This document shows, piece by piece, positions 1-11,406 of a stretch of 64,000 nt of DNA (position 1 is the first letter of the stretch; every line of letters starts with the position of its first letter). Origin of the DNA: Octopus sinensis (Eukaryota); NCBI RefSeq assembly GCF_006345805.1, contig NC_042998.1, positions 187,488,001 to 187,552,000 on the forward strand. Direction: 5' to 3'. Position numbers and translations under genes: made by a program. Under the pieces are notes generated by a model. The model saw nothing but the letters and a program-made list of their open reading frames with translations. It ran no database searches and was not told the origin of the DNA.

Positions 1-226
1 TTAATTCCTCTTCCAAAGAGAGAGTGGTATTATCTCTTTCATTTACTTCTTTCATTAGAATGTATCGAAACAAAATGTTGTCCCAAAAATGTTAAAACTT
101 TACTAACTTGATCGATCTGTGACTAAACCTGTATTTAATTTCATTTTATACACACTTTGCTATCAGTTATATAGATAATTGCTAACATGGTCTGTAAAGA
201 TAACTGCTTCTTCTTCTTCTTCTGCA

Positions 227-1831
227 GGGGAGCATTGGGCCTTTTCAATCAGGGTAGCCCTTTGCCAAGGTAAGGGAAAAGCAGCTGCTATTTTTAGCAT
301 TCAGGTCGGGCAACGTGGAAGGGTGCGTTACCGCCGGAAAGGTCTGCGTCGACAAAGAGAAGGTAGGTGTCTTTATTTCAAATCTCCCGCATACACCACA
401 AGCTATTTCGGCACTCCATATAAGACGTCACCACGATGGCAGCTAAGATCAGGATTGCCAGCAACGTTATTAGATCCTTTAATGGTGAGGGCGATGTAGT
501 GGCCTGGATGTGTAAAATCAGGCTTGTGGCGAGACTGCAAGGGGTTAGTGACGTGGCGAGCCTTATACTTGGAAGCATGGGGGCGTCGTGCACTGTGAGT
601 CAGGATCGCCAGAGAGAGCAGAGCCCCGCGAAGGACTGCGCCACTTACACCATTGAGGACAAAGATTTTCAGGTGGCGTTCGATGGTCTGCGGTGGACAA
701 TAGAGTGGCAATGGAAGGACGAGCCCCCGATGCTGAAAAACAGGGTGAGCTACTACCAGCATACCCTGAAAGGTCACGCGATACATTACATGTGTGGCAA
801 GACATTACATGTGTGGAGACAGTCGACCAAGGCAGTGACGATTGTCGACTTGAAACCGGCATACTTGCAGCTCCATGTGAGCGACAAGCTGTGGCGATAT
901 CAGCTGGATGAGATTGCACAGATTTTGAATGGGATATTTTAGAGAGGGGTCCCATGGAAGAACTGGTAGTGGACAACAGGGCGGCATTTCGTTTGGAAGC
1001 GTTGAGGGATATGCTCGACTGGTGGAAAGTGCATTGCTTGTTCAGAGCAGCGTATAGGCCGAGCGGTAATGGAATCGTAGAGAGGCACCATCGGACAGTC
1101 AAAGCCATAGCGGAAAGAGGGCACATTTCGCCACTGGAAGAAGTTTTCTGGTACAACATATCTCCCTGATCCAGACAACCTGAAGAATCTGTGCTGCACA
1201 GAGCGGTATTTAAATATGAATAGAGGCATCCAAGTAAAGCGCCGGAGTTCCACGAGGAAGAGAAGGTGGAGGAAGTCTGGGTTAAGTCACCGAAGGCGCA
1301 CTGTACGTCTCAATGGAGCAGAGGAACAGTGACGGTGGTCAATTCCAGAAACAACGTCTCCATGGATGGAATGTCGCAACATGTCTTGGGCCTTCGCAGG
1401 ATTGTTGCTTCGTCGGATGACGATTGTGGAGAGGAGGAGAACGATGTGCCTAGCCTGAGAAAGTCTCAATGCGCAAGGCGCCCTCCCAGTTAGATGGTGG
1501 ACTTCGATGTGGAGTAGAGAGAATGTGATCTTTAAGATCAGGGTGGCGTGCGGGATGACGTCAGCAGCTGGGGAGCTGACCGGAACTTGGGGCTGACCGG
1601 AAGAGGAAGGGGCAGAAGTGACACACGCGCAGGTAGGGGAGCATTGGGCATTTTCAATCAGGGTAGCCGACAGAGTTGGATGTGTGAGCGCTTTGTCAAG
1701 GTAAAGGAAAAGCAGCTGCTATTTTTAGTGTTCGGATCGGGCCACGTGAAAGGGTGCATTACCCCTGGGGAGGTCTGCGTCGATGAAGAGAAAGTAGGTG
1801 TCTTTATTTCAAATTTCCCGTATACACCACA
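227..1831 (+). mobile_element. Internally deleted Ty3/Gypsy LTR retroelement (5' LTR remnant 227-400, 3' LTR ~1546-1831)
   Basis: Direct repeats GGGGAGCATTGGGC...TACACCACA at 227-400 and ~1636-1831. Interior encodes a gag-like start (MAAKIRIASNVIRSFNGEGDVVAW) and an integrase core (VVDNRAAF...YRPSGNGIVERHHRTVK), broken by stops and deletions. Confidence 0.85.
954..1169 (+). pseudogene. Gypsy integrase catalytic-core fragment
   Basis: ORF EELVVDNRAAF...PSGNGIVERHHRTVKAI matches the retroviral integrase DNG..F / P.SNG.VER pattern. Confidence 0.8.
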
Positions 1832-1869
1832 CAGGCAGTTAATCATTCGCCAATTTGCACCTACAGAAA

Positions 1870-2290
1870 ACAGTTGTTCACTTTAGACATCAATCTTCGA
1901 AGACCTTTTATATAGGTATTTATTATTGCTGATCTGCCATAGCCAATTCTTGATGCTGACTTTTTTGCATCATTTTTATTTAATAGTTGATTTAAGGAAT
2001 AAGAGACTAATAGAGGCATAAACTCTTGTTTCTACTCAAGGTGCATCTTCAAGAATTGCTACTGTTAGTCCTCTGTTTTTTTTATTCCATCTTCAAATGT
2101 TTTTCATGAGCTGCTATCAAAATTTCCAGAGTTGCCTCAAAATGGTTTTCCAAATAAATCACCAATGCTCTCTGTAACACATCATATTCTTACTAAAGGT
2201 CCTCCTGTGGTTTCCGCTCCTTGGTGTCTTGCTCCAGATAAACTCAGAGCTGCTGAGGATAAGTTTTGTCACATGCTTGACTTAGGAGTC
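1870..2290 (+). mobile_element. Second Gypsy pol relic (protease end / RT start)
   Basis: FIIADLP*PILDADFLH and HILTKGPPVVSAPWCLAPDKLRAAEDKFCHMLDLGVV resemble the Gypsy protease-RT junction. Confidence 0.7.
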
Positions 2291-2470
2291 GTCTGGGTCA
2301 TCATCACCGCCATCCATAAACTTGCCATACAGCAGCCTGCCTTCACACGGATGGTGTTGGTATCCAGTGCAGTGTTCTTCCTACAGTCACTGATCCAAAG
2401 GGCTAATGCAGACTCCATCCTTAAGATAGCCTCAATGCAGGAAGTTTTCGTCGTCTTGTTAAAAGTCACA
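2290..2470 (-). mobile_element. Tigger/pogo transposase CENP-B-like HTH fragment
   Basis: ILRMESALALWISDCRKNTALDTNTIRVKA. Confidence 0.7.
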
Positions 2471-2696
2471 GCTAGACTTCCGCCCGTCCCCTGCCAAAAC
2501 CACCCTTTTTAAAAATTTCTTTTTCGACACAAACCCCCCTTTTCAGCTACAGGCAATACGAATCTGCAAAAAAATTGGCAAAAATCAATATTTCTAAATT
2601 CCCACCCCCACCCTCATTTCCTTCATTTTTCACTTTTTACAGAAATTTTTTTTTCAAAATATGCGGAAAAGTAAGGAGATTATGATTCTTAAAAAT

Positions 2697-3397
2697 TGAG
2701 TCAATTGGTTCCTCACAAACTTTCCAAGTCTAATCGCGCGCAAAGAGTGAATATGTACTCTTCTTTGCTGTCATGTCTCATGAATGAACCTTTTTTTTTG
2801 ACCGAATAATGACTGGTGACGAGAAATGGGATCTCTGTAAAAATCTAAAGCGCCGAAGACAGTAGGTAAGGAAAGGAGAAACACCAGCGCCCCAGGCTGA
2901 AGAAGGTCATAACAACGCTGACATAAGGTGTTGTTATCTGTTTGGTGGACTATGTAACTTTTAGACCTAAACCAAATGATAACAAAGGAGATCTACTGTG
3001 AGCAACTTGAGTGGCTTAAGTCAGCACTAGTAGAAAAACAACCATCTTTGGTTTCAAGACGAAAGGTGTTCTTCCATCAGGATAATGCTCAGCCACATAC
3101 AGCGAGGATGACATTCCAAAGGCTGGAGCAGTTTGAATGGGAACACCCAACATATTCGCTGGACATTGCCCCATCTGATTATCATTTATTCCGCAGTCTT
3201 CAAAATCATTTGGACAGAAAAATATGAATTCTGTAGAATAGGTCAGAACAGTACTGGAGGAGTCTACCAGATAGATGGAAGAACATTGTAGAAAATAAAG
3301 GAGAGTATATTTTAGATCAAAAAAGAACTTTGTTTATCCTAATTTTGAAAAGTAAAAGAAGTATTAAAAAAACCCACATTTATGGGATGACCCAATA
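2697..3397 (+). mobile_element. 5'-truncated mariner (DD34D) fossil
   Basis: VPHKL, DRIMTGDEKW, FHQDNAQPH and HPTYSLDIAPSDYHLFRSLQNHL motifs; TIR-like end ...GGGATGACCCAATA at 3397. Confidence 0.9.
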
Positions 3398-4214
3398 CAT
3401 CTATGTATAAGTGTTAGTATGTATGTATTTATCTCTGTACATAAATATGTAGACAAATGTGTGTGTGTGTGAGTATAACAAAGAAATGGGCAGAGAAGTA
3501 TAATAGTAAGAGGGTTAGTAAGAGTACAGTATCTGGTAATAAACAGGAACTGGATGCAAGATGCTTCCAGATATACGTTTAGAAGAGTAAACAAATTGTA
3601 TTTCATTTCCTAGTAGATACTTGTACAAGTGGTTGCATTTTGAGGAGCGGCTTTGAACAAAGCTTATATTCTTCTTGATGTGAAATGTGTGTGTGTGTGT
3701 GGACATTTGTGTTTGGGGAGAATGATACAGCTTGGTTCTTTTGTATTGTTTAAATGATAAAGTGCTGCTGATATTGCCATTGTTGTTTGTACTGTTGTTG
3801 GTCATGTTGTCATCTTCAATTCTTTCCCTGAGTTTTATTTATTTATTAAGTTTATTTTTTGGTGCTTTAATCAAATAATTATATGATTAAAACATTCCAT
3901 ACATGACCATCTAGTCCTATTTTATTATCAGATGGTGTATCTAGAACTACATTACCTACTGTGTCCTTCCTTTTTTTATAATGGTAAGGAGTGGTGTAAG
4001 AGGAATAGGGCCTAGGTTTTTCCATTTGCAAATTATGCATTTTTTTAAAAAAGAAGTAAAAAAAATCTGAAAATCAGCTATAATAATGTAGTCTTCCAGT
4101 CTTATTGCAATGAAGGTTTGATGTTGTGAAGAAAAAAAAAAAAATGGTGGAAAAAGTTAGAGGTTTAAAAATTGGGAAAACCGAATTTTTAGCCAATAGT
4201 GAGACAGAAATTTT

Positions 4215-4643
4215 CGGTACTTTTTGGTTATCCCACGAGTACTAAAAAATTGCAATTAAAAAATTGGGTTATCTTCCAACTAAAATATTGAGTTTATGTG
4301 GTGACAAGAGATTGAATTTAAAGGGTTAGATCCTTTTGATTCAGTACTTCAACACATTATTGATTTTTGGCCTCATTAATCGGCATTGTATGATTTGTTA
4401 TAAGAATGTTATTAGATTCAATAAGATATTTAATTTTTCTCAATTTTCATGTTTATTAATTTTTTCAGTTTTGTATGATTTGTTATAAAAACATTATCAA
4501 TAACACATTTAATCTTTTCACTTTATATGTTTATTAATTTTTCATTTTTTTCTTTTTGTTTTATTGAGAGTTAAACAATTTTTTTTTAGTTGGAGGAGAT
4601 AAACCCCATTTTTTAATGGGGGTGTGATAACCAAAAAGTACTG
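4215..4643. mobile_element. MITE with terminal inverted repeats
   Basis: GTACTTTTTGGTTATC... at 4217 is the reverse complement of ...GATAACCAAAAAGTAC at 4641; non-coding interior with an internal direct repeat. Confidence 0.7.
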
Positions 4644-4798
4644 TTTATTTCAACAGGATAATTTTTAATGCCGTGAGCCAATATAGCCTCATTGAAATTA
4701 GGTTACTTGCTGGTCCCCCTTCTCCCTCTCTTATTATTATTATTATTATTATTATTATTTTATAATTATTATTATTATCATTATTATTATTATTATTA

Positions 4799-4829
<31 letters not shown>

Positions 4830-4831
<2 letters not shown>

Positions 4832-6404
4832 TAGCAATACATCCCGGCATTGCCCGGCTGTTATGACCTCCAAGCACATTGTATTTTTTGCTCGTTTCTT
4901 AAGGGCAGAATCAGCACAGCTGATATATAGTTAATGAAATAATGGAAGTTATTGTTTGTTTGATAGTAAAGTGCTTTCTGTTCTCAAGAAGGATCAGAAA
5001 CTATATATTGTTTCATCGTATAAAAGGGGATTAATACGATTTTGTCCAGAAATAACGTTTTCAATATCTAAATTTCCCCCTATTCCCACTGCTATTTCTT
5101 AATTTGTAACTTTTTTCTACAAGGAAAAATACAGAGATTACAGATCTATGTATATATATCTATCTATATATATATATATATACATTTTTTATAGTTTAAT
5201 TTTTCTTAAAGAAACACTCAATGCCCGCCCCTTCTCCCACCTTGCCGACTCATTACCTACCAGCTTTCAAAAACCTAAAATCTCCCAATTTTTCCCTTTT
5301 GGCTGATGTTTCCTGCATGCGTAGAATTCTACTGAAATAACAGACTTAGAAACTACCAGACCACCATCAGAAAACCCAACATGCTAGAAACAACAGGTAA
5401 ACGACATTATTTCTGAAGAAACTTCTCGTTTTCCAAAAAGCTAAAAGTGAAACATTGGGAGTGTGTAGCTTTTTGAAAGTGGTGAGGTGATGGGTAAAAT
5501 TCTTAAAAATTTGTACTCTGTTTTTTTCTCCATGTATTACCAAGAATAAAAATTTGAAAAAAAGGGTAAAATGAATTTGGTGTGGATAGGGAGAAAATTA
5601 AAATCTTGAGAATGTATTTTGTGGGTGAAATCGTAATCTCCTGTATCGCAAATATAGGAATCAGAAAAAATTTAGGAAAAAAGTAAGTGGGTGGGCAGAA
5701 ATGTCACCTCGGACATGCTAGAAAGAAGAGATAAAGGACGGGATTTAGGGAAAACTTCTTTTTAAGTTTATATTGAAGATCAAGATTTTAAATATGCTCA
5801 TCATAAACACAAATTACATAATAGAAAAAGATCATTCCAAATGGATTTGAGTTGTAAATTTGCATGCACACACTGCAAGAAATAACATAATTCACACACA
5901 AATTTTACCTAGGAAAAGGAAGTTATTTTATAGCATTCTTTCGTTTGTCAACTCGATATATATGAAATCATATGATTGTTCGTTAATTTCCATAAAATTG
6001 TTTTAATTTCTGTATGCTTTGAAGAGAGCAGAAATTGAAAGAGAGAATAAAGTGAAAAGGCGACATTTGCTTTGAAGTGAAAGAAGAAAGTTTAAGAAGT
6101 ACGTGTATATGAAATCGACGTGTGTGTGAGAGTGAAGGTGTGTGTTGTGATGTATGAATTTTTTTTGCATGTATGTGTAAGTGGCACTCATTTGCTCTGT
6201 TTCTCTCTCTCTCTCTCTCTCTCTCTCATACACACGTACATAGCAGAGATAAAGTATATACATGTCATCTGTTTTCAGTGTAACCCTGACCCTAAACACT
6301 GGGAGTGCATATTCTTTGCCTTCACCCATAAATACATATGCATACATCTTTTTTGTGCGGAAGAGAAAGTGTGTGTATGTGACTGTATTTCCTCATAACA
6401 TATA
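4830..6404 (-). mobile_element. Non-autonomous Helitron-like element
   Basis: Minus-strand 3' end has hairpin CCGGGCAATGCCGGG followed by ...CTAGT (4830-4860); 5' boundary uncertain. Confidence 0.5.
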
Positions 6405-7214
6405 GAAAAATGGATGTCTTTTAATGCAATTTTTTGGGTTGTGTCTTATGTAGTCAATATAGGTGCAAAACACTTTCTGTAGCATAGTTATACCATAAAA
6501 AAAATGGAAAGTCACCAATTTAGCAAAAGTTACTATGCGTCACCAATGTAACAAAGTACAGAAAGCCAACATTTATTTGGAACATGTAATAAATTTTATA
6601 AAATTCACGATTGAATATCATGGTGAGGAAAGTGAAAGTCCAAGAAAATTCAGAAGGCATAATTCAATTTTTCATACAAAAATAATTTCTTTTTCAATTT
6701 TGAAAGTGTATAGAAAGGAAAATGCTGTTGTAACATTAATTTAAAATATTTGCTGAAGGACATACGTAACAAGATATAAATAAATATGTCATTACTACAT
6801 ATTTTTTAACTGTGTAACATTATAGGCTGTAGAATAAATACTGACTAATGCAGTAAAAAGGTTGTGTGACATTGATATTCACAGTGAAGAAGAATAGAAT
6901 GACTGTTAAAAAAAAACATTATCCTGAAACTGGTTAGAAGGAGTGGAAGAACATTTCTGCAATTATATTGAAAGAGCCACTGAGGCTTTCTACTTCACCA
7001 AGTTTCTGAATGTATTATAATAACCAGAATAAGGTTTTTGGTGTTTTTTTAAAAACATTTTCAAGTATTGTAAGTGGTGTTAAATCAGCTAAATCTTCAT
7101 GTTGGCTGCAAAAACTATGACTTTACTCCCTAGATATGGAAAATTCTAGAAAGGCTAGTATGTAAGTTAAGCACTAAGCGTTATACAAATGCCAGAATTT
7201 GATGCTATTGTATT

Positions 7215-7560
7215 GTAACAAAAGTTCCATCCACTCCATCAAATCCAGGACCAGGTACTACAATAACCTAGGGTTAAAAGGCCGACAGCTCTTCAATGTG
7301 TTGCCACAAAAATTAAGAAACCCATGTGATGTGGACACAGATATCTTCAAAAACAAACTAGACATCCTCCTCTTCACAATAATGGATGAGCCGACAGCCT
7401 GGTATGCAGTACAAATAAGTTCCCTCATACACCAAATGGACCAACGGCTGGGATGTGAAACTCCCCACCCTGAGGAAATCAGCCAAAGGATAATCATAAG
7501 TAAAAGTGCAAAACCATGGTGATGCCCCAGCATGACCACAATCGCAGGGATGAAATGAAT
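7215..7560 (+). mobile_element. CR1/L2-like LINE 3' fragment
   Basis: GRQLFNVLPQKLRN...FKNKLDILLFTIMDEP resembles the C-terminus of CR1-group ORF2. Confidence 0.6.
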
Positions 7561-7574
7561 AAAAGAATAGTATA

Positions 7575-8020
7575 TCATCATCATCATCATCATCATCATC
7601 ATCGTCATTTAACTTTGTTGTCCATGCTGGCATGGATTGGATGGTTTGACAAGGGCTGGTAAGCTGGAAGGCTGCAGCAGACTCCAGGCTCATTTTCTAC
7701 AGCTGGATGCCCTTTCTAATACTAACCATCCTCAGGGTGTAATGCATGCTTTCACATGCCAACAATATGGGTACCATTTGCATGACACTGGTATCTGCCA
7801 CAAGTGTGATTTTACTCGGCTTCACGGGTCTCCATATCAGGCACAACATAATGCCAAAGGTGTCTGGCATTGTCTCCATGAGGCCCAACATTTGAAAGGA
7901 GTTCAGCTATTGTGCCTCCGTGAGGATCAACGCTGAAAAGGAACTAAGCTGCTTTGTCTCCATGAGGTCCAACACTTAAAAGGAACTCAGCCACTTTGAC
8001 TCCATGAGGACCAGCACATA
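7575..8020 (-). mobile_element. RTE LINE 3' UTR/tail with ~41-bp tandem modules
   Basis: (CAT)n tail plus the conserved CCATGCTGGCATGG...GCTGGATGCCCTT block; 3-4 copies of TCCATGAGG(T/C/A)CCAACA...AAAGGAA at ~7870-8015. Confidence 0.7.
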
Positions 8021-8102
8021 TATATGTGTCCATAGCTTACACTGGGTACATCTTATAGAGTTTCTATCTATGCCTTTTCTACAGATCAAACAAGTAAATG
8101 GC

Positions 8103-9455
8103 CCTGTTTGATCTGTAGGAAAGGCATAGATAGAAACTCTATAAGATGTACCCAGTGTAAGCTATGGACACATAAGAGGTGCAGCAATATCAAAGGAAGG
8201 CTAACTGAGAGGATAGTTTTTGTATGTGGCAGATGCTCAGGAGCAACAAATAACACTGAAAATGTGCAGAGAACAACTTCCACATTCCAGAGAGAAAAAC
8301 TAGAAGTAGTTGATAGCTTCCGTTACCTAGGTGACCAAGTCAGTAGCCGGGGAGGGTGCTCTGAAAGTGTAGCTGCTAGAATAAGAATAACCTGGGCTAA
8401 GTTCAGAGAGCTCTTACCTCTGCTGGTGACAAAGGGCCTCTCGCTCAGAGTAAAAGGTAGACTGTATGACATTTGGGTACGAACAGCCATGCTACATGGC
8501 AGTGAAACATGGGCTGTGACTGCTGAGGACATGCGTAAGCTCGCAAGGAATGAAGCCGGCATGCTCTGATGGATGTGTAATGTCAGTGTGCATACATGAC
8601 AGAGTGTTAGTGCCTTGAGAGAAAGGTTGGACCTAAGAAGCATCAGATGTGTTCAAGAGAGATGACTGCGCTGGTATGGTCATGTGGCGAGAATGGATGT
8701 GGATAGCTGTGTGAAAAAGTGCCACACCCTAGCAGTTGAGGGAACCTGTAGAAGAGGTAGACCCAGGAAGACCTGGGATGAGGTGATGAAGCATGACCTT
8801 CAGACATTGGGCCTCACTGAGGCAATGACTAGTGACCGAGACCTCTGGAAATATGCTGTGCTTGAGAAGACTCGGCAAGTGCAAGTGAGACCATAACTTT
8901 GTGGCCTATGCCAGGGGTGTAACCAGTCCACTTATGCATGCCTTTCCTTCATTGGGCACTAAACTCTGCTTGCGAAGACCTGTTGAGGCAAGTGAAATCA
9001 AATCAAAATCAAAATCAAATTCGATGACTGACATCCATGCTAGTGGAGCGCTAAGAATACCATATGAGTGAGATCATTGCCAGAGCAACAAGCTGGCTTC
9101 TGTGCCAATGGGACGTTAAAAACACCATTCGAGCGTGATCGTTACCTGCATCGCCTTACTAGCACTTGTGCTAGTGGCACATAAACATTCGAGCGAGATC
9201 GTTGCCAGGTGGCACATAAAAAGCACCATTTGAGCGTGGCTGCTGTCAGTACCGCTTGACTGGCCCTTGTGCCGGCAGCACGTAAAAGCACCCACTACAC
9301 TCATGGAGTAGTTGGCATTAGGAAGAGCATCCAGCTGTAGAAACTCTGCAAGATCAGATTGGAGTCTGGTGCAGCCATCTGGTTCGCCAGACCTCAGTCA
9401 AACCGTCCAACCCATGCTAGCATCGAAAGCGGATGTTAAACGGTGATGATGATGA
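8103..9455 (+). mobile_element. 5'-truncated RTE-clade LINE (ORF C-terminal part plus 3' UTR)
   Basis: ORF 8108-8569 ...LEVVDSFRYLGDQV...RIRITWAKFREL...MLHGSETWA; GRPRKTW motif; (GAT)n tail at ~9445. Confidence 0.9.
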
Positions 9456-9501
9456 TATATATATGTATGTATATATACATATATATATATATGTGTATAT
9501 G

Positions 9502-9553
<52 letters not shown>

Positions 9554-9594
9554 ATATATCTATATATATAAATATATCTATGTTTTTGTATAAA

Positions 9595-9888
9595 TATATT
9601 TTATAGTTTTAAAATTTTGAATTAATTATTTAAAGCATCTTACAATCGTTTCACAGAAGAGTTGTTCCTATAATGAAATCCTATACTGATAAGCATTTAT
9701 AGACAACACTTCTGCTCTTCAGAGATATGAAATATGAATATTGTATAACATATCGAATGATAGTTTGTTTTTTTTTAATTTGAAGTAAAACTGTAAAATG
9801 GTGTTTGTTTGAAATATAAATTAAAAATTAAAAATGACTGTAAGATGCTTTAAATAATTAATTCAAAACTTTTAAACTATCAAATATA
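9595..9888. mobile_element. Penelope-like terminal-repeat fragments in inverted arrangement
   Basis: ~52-bp inverted arms (9595-9647 / 9836-9888); interior carries a hammerhead motif. Confidence 0.65.
9636..9727 (-). ncRNA. Type I hammerhead ribozyme with extended helix II
   Basis: Minus strand: UAUCU-CUGAAGA-GCAGAAG...CUUCUGU-GAAA-CGAUUG-UA/AGAUG. Helix I 5 bp, helix II at least 7 bp, GUA cleavage triplet. Confidence 0.7.
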
Positions 9889-10079
9889 TTTATATATTAT
9901 ATTTATACTTATACATATTTACATATATTTTTTATATATATTTATATTTATTTATTTATATATTTTTAATGCAATAACTATTTTCACATGTGTATATCTT
10001 TATGAGGAGTTTGGACATTAATTTCCTTATATTAATAACAATAATAATATATTATTAAAAAATATATATGTACATATAA

Positions 10080-10121
<42 letters not shown>

Positions 10122-10132
10122 GTATGTATATA

Positions 10133-10357
10133 TACTCTTTTACTCTTTTACTTGTTTCAGTCATTTGACTGTGGCCATGCTGGAGCACCGCCTTTAGTCG
10201 AGCAAATCAACCCCAGGATTTATTCTTTGTAAGCCTAGTACTTATTCTATCAGTCTCTTTTGCCAAACTGCAAATTTATGGGGCCGTAAACACACCAGCA
10301 TCAGTTGTCAAGTGATGTTGGGGCAGGGAGAGAAACACAGGCACACAAACATATACT

Positions 10358-10409
<52 letters not shown>

Positions 10410-10801
10410 ATATATATATATACACTTGCGTCAGAAATTAATTAGCACTTCTCAAATTTCTACATTAAATAGGTTAAATCAATTAACCTATATGAGCTGT
10501 TCAAAACGTCTTACGCGATGAGAAAACTTAGTATGGTGTGATTTCGGTCCTTGTGAGGCGCTACCTATATCTATTAAACAAAAGAAGATTTGTCTGCATC
10601 CGCACTCCAAGTTGTTGCACTGCTATGTCAACATCATAAGGCTGTAGACTCTCAAACTGCTCTGCAAACAAAGTTACGTCATCGTTCTGCGCAACAGTGA
10701 ACTCGCAACAAAGCAATAGTTCGAGATATGGCCACTAGGTGACAGCACATACCTTGAGTGAAGAGCAAATCAAGGGTGCTAATTAATTTCTGACGGTAGT
10801 G

Positions 10802-10851
<50 letters not shown>

Positions 10852-11033
10852 TATATATATACATATATACGATGGGCTTCTTTCAGTTTCTGTCTACCAA
10901 ATCTACTCACAAGGCTTTGGTCGGCCCAAGGCTATAGTAGAAGACACTTGCCCAAGGTGCCATGCAGTGGGACCAAACCTGGAACCGTGTGGTTCGTAAG
11001 CAAGCTACTTACCACACAGCCACTCCTACGCCT
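10133..11033 (-). mobile_element. Composite tRNA-derived SINE (family A), split by a Tc1 MITE in its internal (TA)n
   Basis: 3' module (GTGCTCCAGCATGGCC...GAAACAAGTAAAAGAGT) at 10133-10350 and tRNA-like head module at ~10865-11033, matching intact copies at 23813-24222 and 20490-20897. Confidence 0.85.
10421..10803. mobile_element. Tc1-like MITE
   Basis: TIRs TACACTTGCGTCAGAAATTAATTAGCAC / GTGCTAATTAATTTCTGACGGTAGTGTA, inserted in TA repeats. Confidence 0.85.
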
Positions 11034-11171
11034 ATGTATATATATGTATGCATATATATGTGTATATGTGTATATATGACCATATTTATATTTATATTTA
11101 TATACATATAATTCAAAGTTACAATGAAAGTAAATGAACAAATTTTGTTTTAGAAGCATTGAGATGTATTG

Positions 11172-11406
11172 AAAAATACAGAAATGAATTTTTTTTATTG
11201 TTCAACACGTGATAATACAAATAAATAGCGTGATCAGGATAAAGTTTCCATATATTGCAGAAAAATACTTTACTGCCCAGCAATGATACTCATGGCTGGC
11301 TGGTAACATAAATTTCTGCAATTTGTGGATAATTAATCCTGATCACATTATCTATTAGCTTTATCACACATTTGAGAATAAAAAAAAATTTATTTCTGTA
11401 TCTTTG
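11172..11406. repeat. Imperfect ~110-bp-arm fold-back (MITE-like)
   Basis: Left arm AAAAATACAGAAATGAA...GCCCAGC pairs with right arm GCTGGCTGG...TTTCTGTATCTTTG around a loop at ~11282-11293. Confidence 0.7.

Noticed and set aside
3515-3830. Minus-strand ORF as a terminal exon
   Set aside because: Acceptor lacks a polypyrimidine tract, the ORF crosses a (CA)n run and there is no recognisable domain.
5412-5460. CTGAAGA...GAAAC as a hammerhead
   Set aside because: Poor helix II and no UH triplet or helix I.
6935-7007. Minus-strand exon KLGEVESLSGSFNIIAEMFFHSF*
   Set aside because: Splice site is plausible, but there is no homology and no linked upstream exon.
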